Origin: Nitrospirota bacterium
GTDB taxonomy: Bacteria; Nitrospirota; UBA9217
Assembly (NCBI GenBank): GCA_963796285.1
Contig: CAWCKW010000013.1
Coordinates: 288,001-352,000, forward strand
Reading direction: 5' to 3'
Length of the DNA: 64,000 bases
The notes under the pieces are model-generated. The model was not told the DNA's origin and did not search any database. It saw only the letters and a program-made list of their open reading frames with translations. Positions 1 through 9,671 of this stretch are shown here, one piece after another. The number at the start of each line of letters is the position of its first letter. Positions within the stretch are counted from its first letter, which is position 1. The position numbers and the translations under genes were made by a program.

Positions 1-1449
1 CTCAACCTCATCGCGCGACCGGGAGAATTCAGGATGATCGGATTTGATCGTATTGGGGGCTGTCCGGGCGAGATAGTTCGCGATGGTGTACGGAAGGATG
101 AAGTAACCGTCCGCAAGCCCCTGCATGAGCCCGCTTGCGCCGAGGCGGTTCGCGCCGTGGTCCGAATAGTTCGCCTCGCCGAGCACGAAGAGGCCGGGAA
201 GATTGCTCTCGAGGTTGTAGTCAACCCAGAGCCCGCCCATGGCGTAGTGCGGCGCGGGATACATGCGCATGGGTTGTTCATAGGCGTTCTCCGCGGTAAT
301 GCGCTCGTACATCTCGAAGAGGTTGCCGTAGCGCTCGCGGACCGTGTCCTCGCCAAGGCGCTTGATGGCATCGGCGAAATCGAGATACACGCCGCGGCCG
401 CCCGGACCGACTCCCCGTCCCTCGTCGCAGATCTCCTTGGCAGCGCGTGAAGAAATGTCGCGCGGCGCAAGGTTGCCATAGGAGGGATATTTTCGTTCGA
501 GATAGTAGTCCCGTTCCTGTTCAGGGACATCGTTCGGTTGGCGCGTGTCGCCCTTTTTCTTCGGCACCCAGACCCTGCCGTCATTCCTGAGCGATTCCGA
601 CATGAGCGTCAGCTTGGCCTGGTGGTCGCCGGTGACCGGGATGCAGGTCGGATGGATCTGGGTAAAGCACGGGTTGGCGAAGAAGGCGCCCTTTTTGTAG
701 GCACGGTACGCGGCGGTCACGTTCGAGCCGATGGCGTTCGTTGAGAGGAAAAAGACGTTCGTGTATCCACCCGTTGCAAGGCAGACCGCGTCGGCAGCAA
801 GGGACACGACCCTGCCGGTCACGAGGTCGCGCACCGTAATGCCCCTCGTTGCTCCGTCAACGACCACCAGGTCGAGCATCTCCGTGCGGGGGTGCAGGGT
901 GACGGCGCCTGCCTTCACCTGGCGCATGAGCGCGCCATAGGCGCCGAGCAAAAGCTGCTGCCCGGTCTGGCCCCGCGCGTAGAACGTGCGCGATACCTGA
1001 GCCCCGCCGAAGGAGCGGTTCGCGAGATAACCCGCATAATCCCGCGCAAAGGGCACGCCCTGGGCAACGGCCTGGTCGATGATGTTGACGGAGAGCTGCG
1101 CGAGCCGGTAGACATTCGCCTCGCGGGAACGGAAGTCGCCGCCCTTGATCGTATCGATAAAGAGCCGCTCGATGCTGTCGCCGTCGTTCGGGTAGTTCTT
1201 GGCGGCATTAATGCCGCCCTGGGCGGAGATGCTGTGGCCGCGGCGCGGAGAGTCCTGGAAGCAGAAGACGTCTACGTGATAGCCCAGTTCGCCGAGCGAA
1301 GCGGCAGCCGACGCGCCGGCCAGACCGGTTCCGACCACGATGATGCGATACTTCCGCTTGTTCGCCGGGCTCACAAGCTTCAACTCAGCCAGACGCCTGT
1401 CCCACTTCTCATGCAGCGGACCGGATGGTATGTTGCCGTCGAGGATCAT
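1..1449 (-). CDS. sdhA: Succinate dehydrogenase/fumarate reductase flavoprotein subunit (3' end runs off the window)
   Basis: Manual minus-strand translation from ATG at 1449: [12 protein letters not shown]...[14 protein letters not shown]...[15 protein letters not shown]...[23 protein letters not shown]...[17 protein letters not shown] upstream; lies downstream of sdhC. Not in the ORF track because it is open at the edge. Confidence 0.95.
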   Translation of the reverse strand, partial: MILDGNIPSGPLHEKWDRRLAELKLVSPANKRKYRIIVVGTGLAGASAAASLGELGYHVDVFCFQDSPRRGHSISAQGGINAAKNYPNDGDSIERLFIDTIKGGDFRSREANVYRLAQLSVNIIDQAVAQGVPFARDYAGYLANRSFGGAQVSRTFYARGQTGQQLLLGAYGALMRQVKAGAVTLHPRTEMLDLVVVDGATRGITVRDLVTGRVVSLAADAVCLATGGYTNVFFLSTNAIGSNVTAAYRAYKKGAFFANPCFTQIHPTCIPVTGDHQAKLTLMSESLRNDGRVWVPKKKGDTRQPNDVPEQERDYYLERKYPSYGNLAPRDISSRAAKEICDEGRGVGPGGRGVYLDFADAIKRLGEDTVRERYGNLFEMYERITAENAYEQPMRMYPAPHYAMGGLWVDYNLESNLPGLFVLGEANYSDHGANRLGASGLMQGLADGYFILPYTIANYLARTAPNTIKSDHPEFSRSRDEVE

Positions 1450-1474
1450 GATGATATAACCTCAATAAAATCGG

Positions 1475-1843
1475 TTCTCGCAGAGGCGCAGAGCGCGCAG
1501 AGAAAATCGTAACAACAGCAGAAAAATTACCGCTTAATAAGTTGCATCTGGTACGACCGCACCAAATGCAAAACCTTTTCGCGCAAAGCCGTAGCCTGCT
1601 GTTGCCAAAACGCGGCCATAAACAAAGTCGCGAAGAACGTCAACAAAAGGGGAAAGCGATAAGTTCATAAGAAAACAATCAAGCCTGAGTCAGCCTGAAT
1701 ACGAGACCTGCTTTCCTTTGCGACTTTGCGGCTCTGCGCGAGACGCCTTGGTTCTTGACGTGAATAGTTGCAATAAGTTTTGAATTCAACATTAATAAGT
1801 AAGTTGCTGCTTTACCTCTGCGAGCCCTGCGCCTCTGCGAGAA
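1475..1843. repeat. Nested palindromic intergenic element (outer arms 1475-1502/1816-1843, inner arms ~1577-1635/1716-1743)
   Basis: Outer arms TTCTCGCAGAGGCGCAGAGCGCGCAGAG and CTCTGCGAGCCCTGCGCCTCTGCGAGAA are 26/28 reverse-complementary. The inner pair is of the CGCAAAG..CGCAAAG type, with a 31-bp insert at 1592-1622. Confidence 0.85.
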
Positions 1844-1859
1844 AACTGGTTTCTGTTTT

Positions 1860-2528
1860 TTATTTCAAAAGACCCGCCACAATCACCACGGGGATAGCAG
1901 CATACCCGAGAAAGAGAATTACTGCCGTTATTGTCCCCGCCTTGACAAACACCGGCAGCGTCCTGTCATTATTCAATCCCCAGGTCTGGAACGAGCTCTG
2001 GATCCCGTGGGAGAGGTGCAGCAGCAGACCAGCCACTGATGTAACATAGAGGGAAGCAATTCCCATATCCTGGAAACTTCGAACGACCATCATCAACACA
2101 TCGGGCCGGCCAAGGGCATCCGGATTATTTATCGCGGAGACCGCGGGATCGATGACCTGAATGGTAAAGTGCAGGAGGTGATAGACAAGGAACGCACCGA
2201 TCAGGGTGCCGGTCCAGATCATGTTCCTGCCGGCGAATGTGGTGCTGAGATGGTTCGTAACGGCATAGGACTGCGGCTTTGCCTTCTTATTCTCAAGCGT
2301 GACCACGATCCCGAAATAGATATGGAGGCAGAGCATCGCGACCATGAACAGGCGGATCATCCAGAGCAGGACCGGCAGTGCGTGCAAAGCAGCTGCATAG
2401 GCATTGAGGTTGTTGAAGTAAATTGTGGTATTGCCGAGCAAGTGGATAATAACGAACAGGATCATCATCTGGCCGGTGACGGCCATCAGGATCTTTCTGC
2501 CGACTGTGGATGAGGGTAAGAGAAACAT
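1860..2528 (-). CDS. sdhC: Succinate dehydrogenase cytochrome b subunit (b558 family)
   Basis: SSTVGRKILMAVTG, HLLGN, HLLHF and HLSHG heme-ligand motifs; multiple TM helices; upstream of sdhA. Confidence 0.93.
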   Translation of the reverse strand: MFLLPSSTVGRKILMAVTGQMMILFVIIHLLGNTTIYFNNLNAYAAALHALPVLLWMIRLFMVAMLCLHIYFGIVVTLENKKAKPQSYAVTNHLSTTFAGRNMIWTGTLIGAFLVYHLLHFTIQVIDPAVSAINNPDALGRPDVLMMVVRSFQDMGIASLYVTSVAGLLLHLSHGIQSSFQTWGLNNDRTLPVFVKAGTITAVILFLGYAAIPVVIVAGLLK

Positions 2529-2550
2529 GCTTGATCCTGTTCTTTCATCG

Positions 2551-2622
2551 CCTCCCCCTCAATGGGGAAGGTTGAGTGGGAGTGAACGTCAGGGATCACC
2601 CACCCTCCCCCCACGGGAGGGG
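2551..2622. repeat. REP-like double hairpin between fumC and sdhC
   Basis: CCTCCCC-ctcaat-GGGGAAGG and CCCTCCC-cccac-GGGAGGG hairpins, plus GGGAGTGA/TCACCC pairing. Confidence 0.5.
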
Positions 2623-2631
2623 ATAATAATA

Positions 2632-4029
2632 TTATGTCTTGTCCCCGATTCCGCCCTCGGTCATCTTCTGCGGATCAAGCAGAGCATCCAGTTCTTCTTT
2701 CGACAGGTCCGTCATCTCAGCGGCAACGTCTTTGACCTGGCGGCCTTCAGCGTATGCCTTCTTCGCGATCTGCGCGGCCTTGTCATAGCCGATGATCGGA
2801 TTCAACGCTGTAACGAGGATGGGGTTCCTGTCAAGCAGCCCTGAGATGCGTTCCGGATTTATTGTAAAGCCTGCGATCGCCTTGTCCGCCAGGAGACGAG
2901 ATGCGTTCCCGAGAAGGGTGATGGACTGGAGCAGGTTGTGCGCGATAACGGGCAGCATGACATTCAACTCAAAGTTGCCCTGCTGATTCGCGATCGTGAT
3001 GGCGGCATCATTTCCTATGACTTGGGCGCAGACCATCATCATCATTTCGCACATCACGGGATTCACTTTCCCGGGCATGATGCTCGAACCCGGCTGGAGC
3101 GCGGGCAGGGATATCTCGCCGAGCCCTGCGATCGGGCCGCTGTTCATCCAGCGGAGGTCGTTCGCCATCTTCATGAAGGACGAGGCCGTCGCCTTCAACT
3201 GTCCGCTCAGTTCCACGGCCGTGTCCATGGTTGCCTGGGCAGCGAAGTGGTTGCCTGTTTCCACAAAGGGCAGTTTGGTCCGGCCGGCAAGCCTGTTGGC
3301 AACGATCGTGCCGTAATCCTTCGGCGCATTGATGCCCGTGCCCACAGCGGTGCCGCCGATCGCGAGCCTTGCAAGACGGGGCAGCGTGGATTCGATGCGC
3401 TCGCTGCTTTGCTCGACCTGGAAGGCCCAGCCGCTGATCTCCTGGCTAAGACGGATAGGCATGGCATCCATCAGATGCGTGCGGCCGGTCTTGACGATTT
3501 CATGATACTCGGACTCACGTTGCTTGAGCGTTGTGTGAAGGTGTCTAAGTGCCGGGAGCAGGCGCTCATGGACTTCGAGGTAGGCGCTCACATGTATCGC
3601 AGTGGGGATGATGTCATTCGATGACTGGCCCATGTTCACGTCGTTGTTCGGGTGGACCGGCTTTGCCGAAGGCCCGAGGAGCTGCATGGCGCGGACCGCT
3701 ACCACCTCATTGGCGTTCATGTTCGTTGATGTTGCCGAACCGGTCTGGAAGATATCGAGCGGGAATTGGGCATCCCAGGCGCCATCGGCAACCTCGAGCG
3801 CGGCGAGATGGATCGCGTGCGCGATGTTCGCATCGAGCAGCCCCAGCCCGGCGTTCACTTCAGCGGTAACCGCCTTGATGAGCCCAAGGGAGCGGATGAA
3901 GACGCGGGGGAACCGGATGTTGCTCACGGGAAAGTTCTCCACCGCGCGCTGGGTCTGCGCCCCGTAGAGCGCATCCGCGGGGACTTTTACTTCGCCAAGA
4001 GAGTCTTTTTCAATGCGGTAGTCGGTCAT
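2632..4029 (-). CDS. fumC: Class II fumarate hydratase
   Basis: GSSIMPGKVNP signature, TGRTHLMDA, YGAQTQRAVENF. Confidence 0.97.
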   Translation of the reverse strand: MTDYRIEKDSLGEVKVPADALYGAQTQRAVENFPVSNIRFPRVFIRSLGLIKAVTAEVNAGLGLLDANIAHAIHLAALEVADGAWDAQFPLDIFQTGSATSTNMNANEVVAVRAMQLLGPSAKPVHPNNDVNMGQSSNDIIPTAIHVSAYLEVHERLLPALRHLHTTLKQRESEYHEIVKTGRTHLMDAMPIRLSQEISGWAFQVEQSSERIESTLPRLARLAIGGTAVGTGINAPKDYGTIVANRLAGRTKLPFVETGNHFAAQATMDTAVELSGQLKATASSFMKMANDLRWMNSGPIAGLGEISLPALQPGSSIMPGKVNPVMCEMMMMVCAQVIGNDAAITIANQQGNFELNVMLPVIAHNLLQSITLLGNASRLLADKAIAGFTINPERISGLLDRNPILVTALNPIIGYDKAAQIAKKAYAEGRQVKDVAAEMTDLSKEELDALLDPQKMTEGGIGDKT

Positions 4030-4215
4030 AAGATCAGTCGAGAGTCAGAATCAGTCGATAGCCGACTGATTGTGCAATTATACCTATTCTTTCCGGTTTT
4101 TGCACGATGATTTTCTCGTAAGCGAAAGGCCAACCCGGAATTGCCGCCTGTTATCCAGTTTCCGCATTTGACCATCGGGAGAATAGCTTCTATAATAGAG
4201 AACAGGGAGATCAGT

Positions 4216-5631
4216 ATGACGCGCTCTGGATTCAGTCCCAGTCCCAGCTACAGCATTACAATACGGGTGGAGATCGAGAACCGGATCGGTATGTTCGCCA
4301 GGATCGCCACGGCCATTAGCGGCGCCGGAGGCGATATGGGCGCCGTTGACATCGTGGGCGTTGAAAAGAGCAAGATCATCCGGGACATCACCGTGAACGC
4401 CCGGGACGAGGAGCACGAGCAGGCCATCGTGAATGCAATCTCGACCGTACCCGGCGTGAAGGTCCTCAGGTCCACGGACCGCACGTTCACGGCCCATGAA
4501 GGCGGAAAGATCGAGATTAAAAACAAGCTCCCGGTGCGGGACCGGAACGACCTGTCCAAGGTCTATACGCCGGGCGTTGCGCGGGTCTGCATGGACATCC
4601 ATCAGAACAAAGAACATATGTACCGCTATACGATGAAGGGCAATTCCGTGGCCGTGGTGAGCGACGGGACCGCGGTGCTCGGTCTAGGCAACATCGGGCC
4701 CGAGGCCGCGCTGCCGGTCATGGAAGGCAAGGCCATGATCTTCAAGGAGTTCGCGAACGTCAATGCCTACCCCATCGTGCTGGCGACCAGGGATGTGGAT
4801 GAGATCGTCGCCACGGTCAGGAACATCGCGCCGGCCTTTGGCGGCATCAACCTCGAGGATATCTCAGCGCCCCGCTGTTTCGAGGTCGAGGCCCGGCTCC
4901 GGAAGCTGCTCGACATCCCGGTGTTCCATGACGACCAGCACGGCACTGCCGTGGTCGTGCTCGCCGCGCTCATCAATGTTTCACGGCTGCTCAAGCGCGA
5001 CCTGAAAAAGTTCAAGGTCGTGGTTGTTGGCTCGGGTGCGGCCGGTTCAGCAACGACGAAGATCCTCCTGACCTGGGGGATCAGGGACATCATTGTATGC
5101 GACAAGATCGGCGCACTCTATGCCGGCAGAAAGCAGGGTATGGACCCCTATAAAAGCCTGTTGGCAAAATCCACGAACCCGCGGAAAGTGAAGGGCCGCA
5201 TTTCGGACGCCATGAAGGGGGCGCACGTGTTCATCGGCCTTTCTGCCCCGAATGTGATCACTGCCGCCGACATCAGGAGGATGGCCAAAGACCCCATCGT
5301 CTTTGCCCTCGCCAATCCCGATCCCGAGATTGCGCCCGAGGAGGCCATGCCTCTGGTGCGCGTCATGGCCACAGGACGGTCCGACTACCCGAACCAGATC
5401 AACAATATGCTTTGTTTCCCCGGCATGTTCCGGGGACTGCTGGACGTACAGGCACGCGGGGTAAATGAGGCAGTAAAACTCGCCGCTGCCCGCGCAATAG
5501 CCAAGACGGTCAAGACCAGCGAACTGCAGGAAGATTACATCATCCCGAGCCTCTTCGACCGCACCGTGGTTGCGTCCGTAGCAGCGGCCGTTGGAGAGAC
5601 GGCAAGGAAAACGGGGTTGGCGAGGAAATAA
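4216..5631 (+). CDS. NAD(P)-dependent malic enzyme with N-terminal ACT domain
   Basis: [59 protein letters not shown] 4216 follows GGGAGA. Confidence 0.93.
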   Translation: MTRSGFSPSPSYSITIRVEIENRIGMFARIATAISGAGGDMGAVDIVGVEKSKIIRDITVNARDEEHEQAIVNAISTVPGVKVLRSTDRTFTAHEGGKIEIKNKLPVRDRNDLSKVYTPGVARVCMDIHQNKEHMYRYTMKGNSVAVVSDGTAVLGLGNIGPEAALPVMEGKAMIFKEFANVNAYPIVLATRDVDEIVATVRNIAPAFGGINLEDISAPRCFEVEARLRKLLDIPVFHDDQHGTAVVVLAALINVSRLLKRDLKKFKVVVVGSGAAGSATTKILLTWGIRDIIVCDKIGALYAGRKQGMDPYKSLLAKSTNPRKVKGRISDAMKGAHVFIGLSAPNVITAADIRRMAKDPIVFALANPDPEIAPEEAMPLVRVMATGRSDYPNQINNMLCFPGMFRGLLDVQARGVNEAVKLAAARAIAKTVKTSELQEDYIIPSLFDRTVVASVAAAVGETARKTGLARK

Positions 5632-5632
5632 A

Positions 5633-5727
5633 TTCAGGGTTCTGGGTCCAGTATCTCAGACCCCGGTATCGCGCAACTAACGTTTTGTTTGACTCGTACC
5701 CTGACCCCCGAACCCTCACCCCTGAAT
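5633..5727. repeat. Degenerate heptamer palindromic array
   Basis: TTCAGGGTTCTGGGTCCAG... on the left; ...CCCTGACCCCCGAACCCTCACCCCTGAA on the right. Confidence 0.55.
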
Positions 5728-5737
5728 AGAGGAGCCC

Positions 5738-7009
5738 ATGGACACAAACCACGACCGTCTCCACCGTGACGAAAAAGACCTCCGCAGTCTTGCCATGACC
5801 GAACTGCAGACGATCTACGCCGGCCTCGGTCTCACCCAGGAGGAGCTCGATCTCCTGTCCGTGCCGCGGCGGTCCTTTACGGTGAGCTTTCCCGTGAAGA
5901 TGTCGACGGGCCGGACGCAGATGTTCACGGGTTACCGCGTACAGTACAATGACGCGCGCGGCCCCGCCAAAGGCGGCATTCGCTTTCATCCCGGGATGGA
6001 CGAAGAGCATGCAAGCGAACTGGCCCTTCTCATGGCACTCAAGTGCGCGGTGGTGAACATTCCCTTCGGCGGCGCCAAGGGCGGCGTTGCGCTCAATCCG
6101 AGAGAATTTTCGAGGCATGATCTCGAACTGGTGACGCGCGGGTACATCCGGGCCATCGCGGACCACATCGGCCCGTTCAAGGATATCCCCGCGCCAGACG
6201 TGTACACCGATGAACAGATAATGGCGTGGGTCCTCGACGAGTATGAACAGATCAAGCGTGAGCACTGTCCCGCCGTGGTCACGGGAAAACCCCCCGCGCT
6301 GGGCGGTATCAGGGCGCGCAGATACTCGACCGCGCTGGGCGGCGTCCACGTACTTGAGGCGGCCATGAAGGAACAGGGAATGAAAGTGCAAGGGAGCCAT
6401 GTTGCGGTCCAGGGGTTCGGCAATGTGGGCGGGAATGTCGCGCGCATTCTTCATCACTGGGGCTACACGGTCGTGGCCGTGAGCGACGTGAACGGCGCCA
6501 TCATGGACCCGGCGGGGCTCGATATCTCCGCGCTCAGACATCACCGGACCAGGACCGGCAGCGTCGTCGGGTTCGAAAACGCCAAAGCCATTACCAACGC
6601 AGAGCTCCTTGCCATCGACTGCGACATCCTGATACCCGCGGCCCTCTCGAACCAGCTCGACGGGAACAATGCCAATGATGTGAAGGCAAAGATCGTCGTC
6701 GAGCTCGCGAACGCGCCGCTCACCGCGCAGGCTGATGATAGCCTTTTCAACAGGGGCATTATGGTCATCCCCGATATCCTTGCCAACGCGGGCGGCGTGG
6801 TGGTGAGCTATTTCGAATGGAGCCAGAATTTAAGCAACGATGCCTGGCCTGAGGAAAAGGTACTTGAACGCCTGAAGCAGGTCATGACCAGTGCGTTCAA
6901 TGACGTCAACGACCACTGCCGCGAAGCACAGTGCCGCATGCGAAAGGCCGCCTACGAACTGGCCGTGAAGAGGATCCTGAAAGCGGAGAAACTGCGGGGC
7001 AATTTGTAA
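5738..7009 (+). CDS. gdhA: Glu/Leu/Phe/Val dehydrogenase (glutamate dehydrogenase)
   Basis: GPAKGGIRFHP, FGGAKGG, DIPAPDV, VQGFGNVG, PDILANAGGVVVSYFEW. Confidence 0.93.
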   Translation: MDTNHDRLHRDEKDLRSLAMTELQTIYAGLGLTQEELDLLSVPRRSFTVSFPVKMSTGRTQMFTGYRVQYNDARGPAKGGIRFHPGMDEEHASELALLMALKCAVVNIPFGGAKGGVALNPREFSRHDLELVTRGYIRAIADHIGPFKDIPAPDVYTDEQIMAWVLDEYEQIKREHCPAVVTGKPPALGGIRARRYSTALGGVHVLEAAMKEQGMKVQGSHVAVQGFGNVGGNVARILHHWGYTVVAVSDVNGAIMDPAGLDISALRHHRTRTGSVVGFENAKAITNAELLAIDCDILIPAALSNQLDGNNANDVKAKIVVELANAPLTAQADDSLFNRGIMVIPDILANAGGVVVSYFEWSQNLSNDAWPEEKVLERLKQVMTSAFNDVNDHCREAQCRMRKAAYELAVKRILKAEKLRGNL

Positions 7010-7121
7010 TTTCAGATTTACCGGAACGCTGCATATAATAAAAATATCCCTCGTAGTGCCGGGATCGTTCGGCGGCATCTCTCCTCTGTACTATCATTCG
7101 ATCATATTAAAACATGACCTG

Positions 7122-8069
7122 CTACACATGGTTCCGGAGCATGAGTTCCAGGGGGTGAGGATTCAGGTATACCTGCTGTTTGAGGTACTCGACGTTGTAC
7201 TTGCGGACATAGTGCTGCAGCAGGGTGATCGGGACAATGATGGGCGCCAGCTCTTGATGGTAGTTCGCGATCACGTCCTGCAGCTCCTTTTTCTCATTAG
7301 GGGAAAGCTGCTGCTTGAAGTATCCCGCCATATGCTGCAGCACGTTCGTGTTCTTCCTGACCGTGGCAAGGAGTTGAAGTCCTTCCATCAGGGTCGCACA
7401 GTACCGTTCGAATAGTTCTTCACGCTTGTATTGTTTCGGGTCTGCAACGAGCTTGCCCAGGGCAGAATAGTGCTTCGGGCTGTGCGCCATAACCAGGAGC
7501 TTGTGCGCAGTGTGAAATGAAACCAGCCCGCCTGTTGTCCGGTCCGATGCCAAGAACTCCTGCCACCGTTTGTACACGAAGACCCGCTCGATGAAATTTT
7601 CCCGGAGACCAGGGTCGTGGAGCCTGCCTTCATCCTCAACAGGCAAAAGCGGAAACCGGTCTTGAAAGGCCTTTGCAAAGATGCCGGACCCGGTGCTGAT
7701 GGGAACACCTTCGGGAGAGTAGATCTTGACGCCGCGCATGCCCGAACTCGGGGACCGGCTTTTGAACACGAAACCGCAGAGGTCCTCGGCCGCGAGGGTC
7801 GTGACCTTCTTCTTTGCCCATTGACGCATGCGGCTGGTATGGTCCACGCCAGTGCGGATCGTCACGAGGCGCGGGGCCTCGACATCGCCCACGAGATGCA
7901 TGGCCTCGCGCGGCACCGGCAGGCCGCACTCGACCTCGGGACAGACCATCACCCAGTCAACATACGCGCCCAGCGTAAAGGTCAAAAAATGGTCAAGCTT
8001 GTGGCCGCCGTCATAGCGCACCTTTTCGCCCAGGAGGCAGGAGCTAACGCCGAGTTTTATCTTTTCCAA
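7122..8069 (-). CDS. DUF523 (TudS-like) + DUF1722 (YbgA) fusion protein
   Basis: GVSSCLLGEKVRYDGGHK, CPEVECGL, KSRSPSSG, C-terminal YLNPHPLELMLRNHV. Probable TTG start at 8069 after AGGGAGA. Confidence 0.88.
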   Translation of the reverse strand: MEKIKLGVSSCLLGEKVRYDGGHKLDHFLTFTLGAYVDWVMVCPEVECGLPVPREAMHLVGDVEAPRLVTIRTGVDHTSRMRQWAKKKVTTLAAEDLCGFVFKSRSPSSGMRGVKIYSPEGVPISTGSGIFAKAFQDRFPLLPVEDEGRLHDPGLRENFIERVFVYKRWQEFLASDRTTGGLVSFHTAHKLLVMAHSPKHYSALGKLVADPKQYKREELFERYCATLMEGLQLLATVRKNTNVLQHMAGYFKQQLSPNEKKELQDVIANYHQELAPIIVPITLLQHYVRKYNVEYLKQQVYLNPHPLELMLRNHV

Positions 8070-8370
8070 AGTTTCTCCCTGACTTGATGACAGGGATAAA
8101 CATAGCACAGCATATCAGTGGTTGCAATGTATAATCAGGTATCGATGCGCATCTCCGATTGATCTGTTATCGAGCTCTTTACCATACGCGTCTTCAGCCC
8201 TGTCCAGCTCTAACCCCTTTTTTTATTCTTTATCTAACCGTCAAGTTCAGCTATAATTTAATAGAATCATACGGTTTATTGCTTTCGAACCCAGCTATCT
8301 ATGTTCAGCAACACTGGAATTCCCGTCGGGACGTGTTGGAAGTGATTTCGTGAACAAGGAGACATCTCAC

Positions 8371-9036
8371 ATGAACGTTCTTGATGCCCTCAATGGTCGC
8401 TATACCGTCCGCGCTTTTAAATCTGACCCGATCGACGCGGATACCCTCCAGAAGATACTGGAATCCGCCCTTCGGGCGCCTTCGTGGGCCAATACCCAGC
8501 CGTGGGAGATCGTTGTTGCCGGCGGCGAGGTCTTGAACAGGCTCCGCACCGCCTATATGGAGGATCTGAAGAACTGTGTACCGCGTAATCCAGACCTCCC
8601 TGTGCCGAAGCAATGGCCGCCCGCGCTGCAAAAACGCATGGAGGCATTGAAAGGAGAACGTCTTGCCGCTCTTGAGCGGGAATGCAAGGACCCGGCCATG
8701 ATCGAGGAACTGTCCCAGCTCAACTATCAGTTCTTTAAAGCGCCGGTCGTTCTGTATCTGTGCATGGACCGGACCCTCACACCCTGGTCGATCTTCGATC
8801 TCGGGTTGTTCGCGCAAAGCCTCATGCTGGCTGCACAGCACTACGGCATCGGCTCAGCTCCCGCGGTTACGCTTGCCGCCCACCCGGACCTTGTCCGGGC
8901 GGAATTGAAGATCCCCGAAGACCTGTTGATCATTATTGGGATAGCGCTTGGCTATCCTGATACACTGCATCCTCAGAACAAGTTCCGGAGTCCCCGGCGC
9001 ACGGTGCAGGACGCAGTTACCTTTACCGGGTGGTAG
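8371..9036 (+). CDS. Nitroreductase family protein
   Basis: RYTVRAF, APSWANTQPW, GIALGYPD; AGGAG RBS. Confidence 0.9.
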   Translation: MNVLDALNGRYTVRAFKSDPIDADTLQKILESALRAPSWANTQPWEIVVAGGEVLNRLRTAYMEDLKNCVPRNPDLPVPKQWPPALQKRMEALKGERLAALERECKDPAMIEELSQLNYQFFKAPVVLYLCMDRTLTPWSIFDLGLFAQSLMLAAQHYGIGSAPAVTLAAHPDLVRAELKIPEDLLIIIGIALGYPDTLHPQNKFRSPRRTVQDAVTFTGW

Positions 9037-9165
9037 CAGCGACGGCGCGAGTTTTTTCCTGTGCCGCCGGACCATGCTTTGGCACAGAAACTATGGATCT
9101 CAACTGCTCGTCGAGAAACAAAGAAATAAGTTGCAATCGTTGTCAATAGGAATGCGAGGCAGTCC

Positions 9166-9531
9166 GTGAAAACGAAGAAAAATCTCATTATCGTGGGCGA
9201 CCGGGTCCTCATCGATCCTGATGAACGGATGGACAAGACGCCCTCCGGGCTGTATCTTCCTCCGACGGTCAAGGAGAAGGAAAAGATCATGGGCGGCCAT
9301 GTGGTGAAGACAGGGCCTGGGTATCCCATTCCGGACAACACTCCCGACGAGTCATGGAGAACGGGCAAGAAGGACGTAAAGTACCTCCCCCTGCAGGCTG
9401 CCGAGGGTGATTACGCCATCTTCCTAAAAGATCAATCAATGGAGATCGAGTTCGAGGAGAAGAAATACCTTATCGTTCCCCATTCCGCGATCCTTGCCCT
9501 CGTGCGCACGGAACTGTCTGAAGAGGGATGA
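9166..9531 (+). CDS. GroES-like co-chaperonin (no adjacent groEL)
   Basis: GDRVLI, KTPSGLYLP, VVKTGPG, KYLIVPHSAIL. Confidence 0.8.
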   Translation: MKTKKNLIIVGDRVLIDPDERMDKTPSGLYLPPTVKEKEKIMGGHVVKTGPGYPIPDNTPDESWRTGKKDVKYLPLQAAEGDYAIFLKDQSMEIEFEEKKYLIVPHSAILALVRTELSEEG

Positions 9532-9671
9532 TGTCAATCATACCGCTCTGTAAAAAATGTGGTAAAATAACACATCGATAACAAAAAATCATTTCTGTCC
9601 TTGAGCCGACCTTGCTCCGACTGTCTGAAGGAACAGGGAGCGTTATTCGCGGCAATTATAAATTGGTGATC

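Noticed and set aside
34-1512. Plus-strand ORFs (138, 68, 69, 206 aa)
   Set aside because: Antisense to sdhA, which occupies the minus strand.
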